From Patescibacteria group bacterium (GTDB lineage Bacteria; Patescibacteriota; Microgenomatia; UBA1400; PJMF01), in assembly GCA_049322655.1 (NCBI GenBank), contig JBMORP010000006.1, forward strand, positions 256,410-320,409: DNA of 64,000 nt, in the 5' to 3' direction. This document shows positions 9,420 to 17,631 of this stretch, in pieces (position 1 is the first letter of the stretch; the number at the start of each line of letters is the position of its first letter). Below the pieces are notes generated by a model. That model saw only the letters and a list, made by a program, of their open reading frames with translations, was not told where the DNA came from and made no database searches. A program made the position numbers and the translations under genes.

Positions 9420-9905
9420 TTAGAGAATTCTTTCCAACTCTAAACCAATTTCTGAAAAACCATTTCTTTTATAAAAACTGATTGCTTTTTTATTTTTCCA
9501 ATAGGCAGCTACGTAAAGTTTTTTGATTTTTTTAACTTTGGCACATTTGGTTGCTTGATTAATTAATAACTGACCAATTCCTTTGGATCGATATTCTGGA
9601 TGAACTCCAATATTCTCTATTTCTAAATAAAGACTATGACGATAACCGAAATCTTTTTCAGCTAAAGCGATATAGCCAACTACTAATTCTTTAATCTTGG
9701 CTAAGTAACATACCCCATAGCTACCAGCTGCCAATTTTTTATAATAAGTAACTCCTTTTTTGGAAAAAGGCCAATTTAAATCAATGTCACTGTCATGGGG
9801 TGCATCATTTAAAAATACAAAGTTATTTAACTCCTGAATTTTTGACCAATCATTTTCTTTGGCCAAAACAATTGACAAATTATTTTTTATTGAGTTTATA
9901 ATCAT
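9420..9905 (-). CDS. GNAT N-acetyltransferase
   Basis: VHPEYRSKGIGQLL acetyl-CoA motif; NKKAISFYKRNGF. Confidence 0.9.
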   Translation of the reverse strand: MIINSIKNNLSIVLAKENDWSKIQELNNFVFLNDAPHDSDIDLNWPFSKKGVTYYKKLAAGSYGVCYLAKIKELVVGYIALAEKDFGYRHSLYLEIENIGVHPEYRSKGIGQLLINQATKCAKVKKIKKLYVAAYWKNKKAISFYKRNGFSEIGLELERIL

Positions 9906-9936
9906 GATTCTTAATATAAATATATCTCTTTAAAAT

Positions 9937-11124
9937 ATGAAAAACATCTACCAGGAATCACTTACTTACCACAAACAACACATTGGTAAACTAAAAACTG
10001 ACAGTATAGTCGGTAAATTAACCGACAAACAAAACTTATCTTTAGCTTATACTCCTGGAGTAGCAGAGCCCTGCCGAGTTATTGCCAAAGACAAAAAACT
10101 AGCCTATGACTATACCCTCAAAGGTAGAACCGTTGCTGTCATCTCAGATGGCTCTGCTGTTTTGGGCTTAGGAAACATTGGCGCAGAAGCTGCCTTACCA
10201 GTAATGGAAGGCAAGGCTTTACTAATCAAACAATTTGGTGAAGTTGATGCTTTTCCATTGGTAATTAACACCCAAGACCCAAGAGAAATCATTAGGTTTG
10301 TTAAACAAGTCGCTCCTACTTTCGCTGGTATCAATCTTGAAGATATTGCAGCTCCAGCTTGTTTCCAGGTTGAAGAATCACTCCAAGATATCGGGATTCC
10401 AGTTTTTCATGACGACCAGCATGGAACAGCCATTGTGGTAAGAGCAGCCCTACTCAATGCTGCTAAAGTAGTTAACAAACCATATGAATCATTGAAAGTG
10501 GGTATTATCGGGGCTGGCTCGGCTGGTTTGGCCATTGCCAGAATGATCTTGGGACTAAACTGTAACTCTGACTCTTGTTCACAAGTTAAAGCTGCCAAAC
10601 CAGTTGCAGATGTAATCGTTTTTGACCGTCTAGGAGCTTTAGTTGTAGGAAGAAACAAACAAAACATCTATAAACAAGCTGTCGCTGGTTTGTCTAATAA
10701 AGAAAAAAGGGCTGGTTCACCAGAACAAGCTCTTAAAGGTTTTGATGTAGTGATTGGTGTTTCTGGTCCTGGATCAATTTCAACCACAACTATTAAAAAT
10801 ATGAATGATAAACCAATAGTTTTTGCTTTGGCCAATCCAACTCCAGAGATAATGCCAGCAGAAGCGTTAAAGGCTGGCGCTTTTATTATCGCAACAGGCA
10901 GAAGTGATTTTGCTAATCAAATTAATAATGTCTTAGCTTTCCCTGGAATATTTAAAGCTGTTGTTCAAGGTAAACTTACCAAGATTACTTACGAAATGAA
11001 ACAAGCCGCTTCTGATGAAATTGCCAAACTGATAAAAAATCCAAGTGCAGACCAAATTATTCCAAGTGTCTTCACCGAAAAACTTGCAGAAAAAGTGGCA
11101 ACTGCAGTACTAAGCCAAGCTTAA
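9937..11124 (+). CDS. NAD(P)-dependent malic enzyme (short form)
   Basis: AYTPGVA, SDGSAVLGLGNIG, INLEDI, FHDDQHGTA, GAGSAG, ATGRSD, NNVLAFPG. Confidence 0.95.
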   Translation: MKNIYQESLTYHKQHIGKLKTDSIVGKLTDKQNLSLAYTPGVAEPCRVIAKDKKLAYDYTLKGRTVAVISDGSAVLGLGNIGAEAALPVMEGKALLIKQFGEVDAFPLVINTQDPREIIRFVKQVAPTFAGINLEDIAAPACFQVEESLQDIGIPVFHDDQHGTAIVVRAALLNAAKVVNKPYESLKVGIIGAGSAGLAIARMILGLNCNSDSCSQVKAAKPVADVIVFDRLGALVVGRNKQNIYKQAVAGLSNKEKRAGSPEQALKGFDVVIGVSGPGSISTTTIKNMNDKPIVFALANPTPEIMPAEALKAGAFIIATGRSDFANQINNVLAFPGIFKAVVQGKLTKITYEMKQAASDEIAKLIKNPSADQIIPSVFTEKLAEKVATAVLSQA

Positions 11125-11130
11125 AAACAA

Positions 11131-11760
11131 TTAGGTACCAAAATAACGATCTCCATAGTCACCTAGACCTGGAACAATGTATTTTTTATTATTCAATTGC
11201 TCATCAACCGCAGCCACAAAAATCTCTAAATCCAGTCTGGGAAATTCTTTTTTCAAACGATCAATGCCTTCTGGAGCAGCCACTACACTTACGATTCTAA
11301 TTGCTTTTGGTTTCTCTTTAATAACCTTATTAATCAAATGAGCAATTGAGCCACCTGTGGCTAACATCGGATCGGTAATAATCACGACTGAATTAGAAGT
11401 TATTTTGGGCAACTTCCAATAATATTCTCTAGCAACAGCTGTTTCTTCATTTCTTTCCATTCCAACAAAACCAACCTTAATCCTAGGTAAAAGTTTCATG
11501 GCACCAAATAACATTGCTATTCCAGACCTAAGCACCGGAATAATAATAATTTCATCATTGATTTTGGCAACATTAATTTTTGCTAATGGTGTAGAAATTT
11601 GTTCTTTTCTAAAAGTCAAACCAGCTACAGCTTCAGCAAACAAGAAACTACAAATTCGATCAGAATACTCTCTGAATTTTTCTAAAGAAGTTCGTTGATC
11701 TCTTAAATGGCTAAGTGAGTCTACTACAAACGGATGTTCTACCAAATGAAGTTTTTTCAT
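11131..11760 (-). CDS. upp: uracil phosphoribosyltransferase
   Basis: PVLRSG, DPMLATGGS, YIVPGLGDYGDR. Confidence 0.97.
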   Translation of the reverse strand: MKKLHLVEHPFVVDSLSHLRDQRTSLEKFREYSDRICSFLFAEAVAGLTFRKEQISTPLAKINVAKINDEIIIIPVLRSGIAMLFGAMKLLPRIKVGFVGMERNEETAVAREYYWKLPKITSNSVVIITDPMLATGGSIAHLINKVIKEKPKAIRIVSVVAAPEGIDRLKKEFPRLDLEIFVAAVDEQLNNKKYIVPGLGDYGDRYFGT

Positions 11761-11763
11761 TAA

Positions 11764-13794
11764 TTATTCTCCTTTTACTTTTTCAAGCATACCTAGTTTT
11801 TCCAAACCGACCAGTAACAAAAAAGCATCAAATAAAAGATTGCTTTCTTCTTTATTGGCTGTTGGATATGCTAAATAGTCACTGTTACTTTCCTGAGGAA
11901 ACAAAATCACTCCCTGCCCAGGATCTGCTCCTGAACTAACATTCCCTTTACCCATGGTATCAACATTACCTGCCCACCAACCAGGAGCTACTAAAACTGG
12001 GTATTCAGTTTCATCGTTAAATGGATCATGAAACATCTGCGTACCAGCATTCTGCATATGCCCACCAACCACAATACCTGGTTTGTCATGCATATAAAGA
12101 TCATAATTTCTTTTCAAACCAAAGGTCGGCTTGGAAAACGAACCATGATTACCAAGTTTATCTAAAACCGCCAAAGTATAAGGTAAAGCAGCTTCTGGCC
12201 CAACTGCCAACTCAATTGTAGATAAATGGTGAATGAGTGGAATATCAGCGTGACGAGCTAAGTAACTTCCTGGAGCAATTGGATCATCTCCATTTTTCCA
12301 GTTTTCATCCCTTAAATTAGCATCCAATAATAATGCCAAGCCCTTATCCTCTGATCTTGAAATAAATCTTGCTGTCTTATCTAAAACTTCTCTGCGATTG
12401 GCTAGTTTTCCAACCGTACTATCAATCAAGTTTCTTAAATAGATAACCACAGCGTGAGGATTGTTAATCACAAAATCACGTTGAAATTTATTCGCTCTAT
12501 TAAAACCATCTGTTTGTTCGTTGCTACCAAGCCTAACATTAGAAATAAGTTGTAATAAAATTGGTAATTCTGTTTCAATGTTAAATTTGAGGTGAGAATA
12601 AACGGGCTCTCTCTTCAAGTCATCACCGTTATGACCTTTTTCTTCAAGTCTCTTCAAGGCTTTTTTATTGGGTAGACTTTCCATTTCTTCAGGTGTTTCG
12701 GCTGATGAAAAAACATCCCACTCAATAGTTGGTTCAGTTCCAAACTCAGCCAAAACTAACTCTCTCAGCTCGGCAGTCATGCCTTGCTTTTCAGTACTGT
12801 TTAATAAACCCAAACCTTTCTGAGCTAAATCTGCATGTCTCAAAGTTGGTAATGGAGTATGAACTACTTCTTTTGAACGTTTTTTATATTTACCTACTGG
12901 TCTAGTCATCAGGACACTAGTCATTCCTTTACCAGTTGTATAAGGTCTACCCAATCTCACTCCGAACTGATCAACTGGTAAACTCTTATTAACTGATTTA
13001 ATTGTTCCAGAAGAAACCATATAAATCGGGAAAGATGAACCAGCATGATGTTCTTTGCCCACAGCTAACTGATGAATGTGAGCAGAAGCTGCTCCCTCTG
13101 GTCTATTAGCTTCAGATTTTTTAAGTAATTCTTCTCTATTTCCATGCAAAGCATCATATTTGCTTTTGCTGGTGGGATTATGCCTTGTTTCTAAAACTGA
13201 CTCCTGACCATCAGCAAATATAAAAGTCACTTGACCACCATTCAAAATAGTGTCAACATTACAAGCTTCAGCCAATATAGCCCAGGGATCAATCGTAGTA
13301 GACTCATGAGCCCAACCAGGATGGCCCCAATAATGACTAACCATACCAATCACTTTGCCTGCATCAGCTAGTGGCCTTAAAATTTCATCACGAAAATAAT
13401 TAAGTTGTTCCTGAAGGTGCATATTTAAACCAGTCATATTAGTGGTTAAATATTTACTCTTAACACCCTCGATTTCATCTCCCAAAAAAACAATTTTAAC
13501 ATTACTAGTATCAAAAACGATTGGTTCCCCAGCCTCATCATAGCCAACAATAATCTCATCATCTTCCAACAAAAAATCGCGAAGTTTTTTTAGCTCTTCA
13601 TAATCAGTCGCGGCATGACCAATATGTAAATCTCCAATTAAAAGTACTAACAATGGTTCATCTCCTTCAACCCGATACTCCAGATCCATCGTGGGCTGAA
13701 TATCCATAATTAGTTGTTGTTGGAGCTCAATTAATTCTCTTCTTTTTTCATAATGAGTTTTTCTCTTTTGTTCTTTTTCTGCTGCCAATACCAT
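11764..13794 (-). CDS. 676-aa protein with two calcineurin-like metallophosphoesterase-fold domains (second one degenerate)
   Basis: Domain 1: GDLHIGH, FLGDE, RHN, SAHIH. Domain 2 has equivalent but altered motifs (ISNVRLG, YLRNL, VVGGHMQ). SD AAAGGA. Confidence 0.65.
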   Translation of the reverse strand: MVLAAEKEQKRKTHYEKRRELIELQQQLIMDIQPTMDLEYRVEGDEPLLVLLIGDLHIGHAATDYEELKKLRDFLLEDDEIIVGYDEAGEPIVFDTSNVKIVFLGDEIEGVKSKYLTTNMTGLNMHLQEQLNYFRDEILRPLADAGKVIGMVSHYWGHPGWAHESTTIDPWAILAEACNVDTILNGGQVTFIFADGQESVLETRHNPTSKSKYDALHGNREELLKKSEANRPEGAASAHIHQLAVGKEHHAGSSFPIYMVSSGTIKSVNKSLPVDQFGVRLGRPYTTGKGMTSVLMTRPVGKYKKRSKEVVHTPLPTLRHADLAQKGLGLLNSTEKQGMTAELRELVLAEFGTEPTIEWDVFSSAETPEEMESLPNKKALKRLEEKGHNGDDLKREPVYSHLKFNIETELPILLQLISNVRLGSNEQTDGFNRANKFQRDFVINNPHAVVIYLRNLIDSTVGKLANRREVLDKTARFISRSEDKGLALLLDANLRDENWKNGDDPIAPGSYLARHADIPLIHHLSTIELAVGPEAALPYTLAVLDKLGNHGSFSKPTFGLKRNYDLYMHDKPGIVVGGHMQNAGTQMFHDPFNDETEYPVLVAPGWWAGNVDTMGKGNVSSGADPGQGVILFPQESNSDYLAYPTANKEESNLLFDAFLLLVGLEKLGMLEKVKGE

Positions 13795-13825
13795 CAGCGA
13801 ATCCTTTCTAAATTAATTTTTTGCC

Positions 13826-13850
13826 AAAAAAAATCCGCCTAATAGGCGGA
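13826..13850 (-). terminator. intrinsic terminator in the leader of the 676-aa gene
   Basis: Minus strand TCCGCCT-ATT-AGGCGGA followed by T8. Confidence 0.75.
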
Positions 13851-13962
13851 AGTAACACTTAAAAAATTTTTCTGGTCAAAATAAATAAAAACATAACCAG
13901 GGTTTGAGTATATAGATACTAATGTACTTTTTGCAAGCAGCTAAAAAACTTAAATTATCAAG

Positions 13963-15063
13963 CTAAAATTTTTTATTAAAAACAACTGTTAAAAATATTT
14001 GGGAGATTTTAAAAATATCTTTTTCTTTTAGATGAGGACCTAGTGGCAAATAAATAACTTTTTGTCTTTTAGTCCAACCAAAATTATCTAATTCAAATCG
14101 AACCATCAAACCATTTGATCTCAACTTGTTTAAAATTTCTACAGCATCATCAAGAAATAAACCAACAGGAAAAGCTCTCAGTTTTCCATAATCTCTTTGA
14201 GCAAAATTAATTCTAAAAAATTGTTTAGACTGCCAAAGTGGTTCTAATAGCTTTTGGTAAAGTTCAACTTGGTTGACCTTGGTAACAAAAATATGTTGAT
14301 GGTTAATTTTAAAACTTAGATTTTTAAAAAAATTAAAACCGCTACCAGCCAGCTGACTATCTCCAATATGGTCGTAGCCAACCAGCATTGTCAGTTCAGT
14401 CAACTTGTTCCACCACTGCTGCCATTTTTGAAAAGGTAAAACTAAAACCATTAATAAACAACATTGAAATAAAATCCACCACCATAGAACTTTTAACCTA
14501 TAAATTAATGTCTGATTAATAGGAGTTGGTTTTAATGCTGATAATAAACTCTTTGGACCATAGAGATTGCTACCTTGAAGGGGAACTACTTTCCTCAAAC
14601 TATCAATTATTACATGACGCTCAGTAATTAAAGAAATTTTATTTGAATCAATAACACGATGGACTGAGTCTTCAATTAACAAACTATTTTTAGGTAAAAC
14701 ATCAAGCCATTTTTCTGCCTTATTCAAAAGTTTATTTGTAATACCAACTGCGTGAAAAATTACCACTAAATCTGGTTGGTATTTTTTTAGATATTGTTTA
14801 AAAATTTTTACCGAAGTTTGAAAACCTCGATCAACAGGATAAGTTTTAACAATTAAACCATGAGCGCTCATGTTTTTTACTACATCATCACAATAAAAAT
14901 CAGGCACTAAAATTATTGAACCGGCTTGACAACCAAAATATTTAAGTAAATCCCAAAGAGCATCTTCCCATGAAAGATAAAAAAAATGAGCCAAATTAAC
15001 TGGTGGAAAAGTGGTTTGGTTAGTTAGGTAATACCACCAACCAACTGGTTGAATTGGAGCCAT
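13963..15063 (-). CDS. divergent DegT/DnrJ-like PLP-dependent aminotransferase-fold protein
   Basis: ILVPDFYC, VVIFHAVG, LIEDSVH, DSLRKV (putative PLP Lys), C-terminal IYLPLG. Confidence 0.6.
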   Translation of the reverse strand: MAPIQPVGWWYYLTNQTTFPPVNLAHFFYLSWEDALWDLLKYFGCQAGSIILVPDFYCDDVVKNMSAHGLIVKTYPVDRGFQTSVKIFKQYLKKYQPDLVVIFHAVGITNKLLNKAEKWLDVLPKNSLLIEDSVHRVIDSNKISLITERHVIIDSLRKVVPLQGSNLYGPKSLLSALKPTPINQTLIYRLKVLWWWILFQCCLLMVLVLPFQKWQQWWNKLTELTMLVGYDHIGDSQLAGSGFNFFKNLSFKINHQHIFVTKVNQVELYQKLLEPLWQSKQFFRINFAQRDYGKLRAFPVGLFLDDAVEILNKLRSNGLMVRFELDNFGWTKRQKVIYLPLGPHLKEKDIFKISQIFLTVVFNKKF

Positions 15064-15084
15064 AAATCTTAAATCTACTAAAAA

Positions 15085-15738
15085 TTAACCTTTTCTAATA
15101 ACCACTCCATAGTGGCCACCATAACCAACATTACACAAGTCACCACCATCTGTTAGTTGCTTTAAAGTAGCATTAATTCCTTTGATTGAATTTAAAGTTT
15201 TGACTATTTGGTTTAAATCAATCCCCTGATATTTAAATGAACCAGAAAGCAAAGCCAACCCACCAGCGTTCAATTTACTGACTAGTAATAGTAAATTTTC
15301 ATAACCCAACTGGTCTGGTAAGTCTGGAATTCGACAAAAAGTAAGAGCATCATAACTCAAATCAGTAAATTGTAAAATTCTCCAAATAGAATCCTGGAGC
15401 GAAACAACTCTACCAAGAGCTATTTCTTGTTCTCCCTCTTCATATAAGATTTGATGGTTAATTTCTTCATCAAGAACCTTAAATCTTGGATAATAGTTCT
15501 CATCACATAACACTAATTTATCTACACCTGGATAAAGGTGCCTATATTTAGATCCTGGAGAACAAATAAAAAATCTTTCTGGAAACATTCCACCCACTCC
15601 AGCCGTCAAAACTGTTCCTCTAAAATCAGTTGTTTTTAAACCAATGTTTTCATAAACATGCCCAAATTGAGCAATATACATTTCTGTATGACTCAAACTA
15701 TCTGCGCTACTATTTGACCAAGTTTCTCTCATTTTCAT
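15085..15738 (-). CDS. hypothetical protein (possible divergent methyltransferase fold)
   Basis: 217-aa ORF; VLTAGVG and LNAGGLALL loosely resemble class I MTase motifs. Confidence 0.55.
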   Translation of the reverse strand: MKMRETWSNSSADSLSHTEMYIAQFGHVYENIGLKTTDFRGTVLTAGVGGMFPERFFICSPGSKYRHLYPGVDKLVLCDENYYPRFKVLDEEINHQILYEEGEQEIALGRVVSLQDSIWRILQFTDLSYDALTFCRIPDLPDQLGYENLLLLVSKLNAGGLALLSGSFKYQGIDLNQIVKTLNSIKGINATLKQLTDGGDLCNVGYGGHYGVVIRKG

Positions 15739-15756
15739 TAATTCTAAAAAATATCT

Positions 15757-16149
15757 TCACCATTTTTGTAAATAACTTTCTTCAACTTCCCAACCATCCT
15801 GAAGTTCACTACTCCAATGAACCTTCTCTCTAACTACATAGTAATATTTATAATTTTTATATTCTACAAACTTAACAAGACAGTTTATTTCCCCATTTAG
15901 TCTTACCCCTTCACCAAACTTGAATCTAGGAGCTTTATCTTTAAATTCACTCAACAAAGATTCTTCAACATTGATCTGTTGAGGGGTGATGGTTTCCTGA
16001 TGAAATTCAGCTGGCTCCATATCTCTCTGATAAGCGACCAAAAGCAATTTGTAGTGGTAACCAGGACCATCAGTAGCCAAATCCAAAACTCTATAAATAC
16101 CATCCTGATATACAACAAGAGAGTTATCTGAGAATTTTGGGGTAGTCAT
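15757..16149 (-). CDS. hypothetical protein with two internally repeated beta-rich modules
   Basis: PKF...V...Y.Y...VEESLL and PRF...V...YYY...VEESYL; TATAAT 9 nt upstream. Confidence 0.65.
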   Translation of the reverse strand: MTTPKFSDNSLVVYQDGIYRVLDLATDGPGYHYKLLLVAYQRDMEPAEFHQETITPQQINVEESLLSEFKDKAPRFKFGEGVRLNGEINCLVKFVEYKNYKYYYVVREKVHWSSELQDGWEVEESYLQKW

Positions 16150-16230
16150 CTAAAGGATATTATAAGTGATAGATTGAAAATTTTCTTGTATTAGAGTTAG
16201 AGTCAATTTAGAAACAAAACAGCACTATAA

Positions 16231-16788
16231 TTAGGTTAGAGAAGTCATGAAGTACCACTCCATTATAGTTGGTCTCTTTTCACTTAATAAAATTTTTCTT
16301 ACAATCACTTGCTTATCAACTTGATTAACTTTTGCCATTTTTTTGCACAATTTTCTTGCTTCAACATCAATATCATATGCATATATTTTGGAGTTTGGTA
16401 TTTTTAAGGCCAAACCAATTGCGTATTAACCTTCAGCACTGCCAATATTAATTATCTGCTCATATTTTGTACTACAAATTTTTTTTATCAGTGAGTGAAG
16501 TTCTTTTTCGTAAGATCCAAGTAACTTAGGAAAAAATTCGCTCCCTATTGATTTAGGTTCTGTATATTGCATCCCTTTAAAAGGACCATTTTTGACTATT
16601 AAATCAGGAAATAATTTTGAAATAGCTAGTCTAACCACTTTGTTTTCATGAGATTCATCTGGTAATTTAACCTTTTTTCTTGTCTCATGAATGTAGTTTG
16701 CTGCTCTCCATATAGATTTATTAAAAAGAAAGTAAAAAAAATCTATATCAACTAAGCTATCGATAATTATTTTAATTAATTTTTTCAA
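16231..16788 (-). pseudogene. disrupted FkbM-like SAM-dependent methyltransferase
   Basis: PKLLGSYEKEL...NIGSAEG*YAIGLA: an in-frame TAA (16426-16428) interrupts the SAM motif. The frame continues to 16231 and the C-terminal part looks shortened. Confidence 0.8.
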
Positions 16789-16968
16789 AATAGTTTATAA
16801 CTAATTATTAAAATTAATAGTTTACTTAAATCAACCTTCAATATTTTAAAAAATCAAGTAAAACATCTGATTTTCAATCCTACTTATAATTATATCTGTT
16901 TAAATATTTTTTTGATATTCTTGTAAGCTCTAGTAAAAAAATCATCAATAAGATAAGATCCCCTGCAT

Positions 16969-17436
16969 ATGAACATATTAGAATTAATATCTGTTTTTTT
17001 TGCAGCAACAGAAGGAAAATTTCTTATTGATATTTTATTAGCTACAACTTTTGGATATATTATTGGAGCAGAAAGAGAAAGCAGAGGAAAAGATGCTGGC
17101 ATTAGTACCCATATCATGGTTATTTGTGGAGCAACACTTTTTACTTTTATGTCCTCACTTGTTGATCCAGCTTCAAAATCAAGAATTGCAGCACAAATTG
17201 TTTCAGGGATTGGTTTTTTGGGTGCAGGATTAATTTTAAAAGAGGATGGGACTAAAGTTAGAAATTTAACTACAGCATCAAGTGTGTGGTTCGCAGGAGC
17301 CATTGGTATGGCACTCGGTTTTGACTATCATTTTTTAGGTGCTATTGCTACAGTATTTGCAGTTTTTGTACCACGTATTCCAAAACATAACCAAATCAAA
17401 AAAACAGTCTCATCAAAGATAAAAATTGGGAGATAG
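16969..17436 (+). CDS. MgtC/SapB family membrane protein
   Basis: IGAERE...AGISTH, RIAAQIVSGIGFLGAG, LTTASSVW. Confidence 0.92.
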   Translation: MNILELISVFFAATEGKFLIDILLATTFGYIIGAERESRGKDAGISTHIMVICGATLFTFMSSLVDPASKSRIAAQIVSGIGFLGAGLILKEDGTKVRNLTTASSVWFAGAIGMALGFDYHFLGAIATVFAVFVPRIPKHNQIKKTVSSKIKIGR

Positions 17437-17490
17437 TTGCTTTAACAATGACATAAATCTATTTATTAGGTGACAGATTTTGCAATAGCA

Positions 17491-17515
17491 AAAAAAATTG
17501 GCAAAAGCCAATTTT
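17491..17515. terminator. terminator hairpin between the mgtC-like gene and tRNA-Ser
   Basis: AAAATTGGC-AAAA-GCCAATTTT flanked by A/T runs. Confidence 0.65.
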
Positions 17516-17521
17516 ATTATC

Positions 17522-17609
17522 TGGCGGAAGGGGTGGGATTTGAACCCACGAAGCCCTTGCGGGCGCCGGCTTTCGAAACCAGTGCAATAGACCACTATGC
17601 GACCCTTCC
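17522..17609 (-). tRNA. tRNA-Ser (anticodon CGA)
   Basis: Acceptor GGAAGGG/CCCTTCC-G-CCA, anticodon loop TTCGAAA, long variable arm GCCCGCAAGGGC, T-loop GTTCAAATC. Confidence 0.95.
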
Positions 17610-17631
17610 TTACTATGATGGAGATTATACC

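Noticed and set aside
16426-16428. Stop-codon recoding (code 25 or readthrough)
   Set aside because: The stop is TAA, the commonest terminator here, and TGA ends genes such as dnaG and the guaB-like gene; pseudogenisation is the simpler explanation.
16890-17303. 137-aa minus-strand ORF
   Set aside because: Antisense shadow of the clearly recognisable MgtC/SapB gene.
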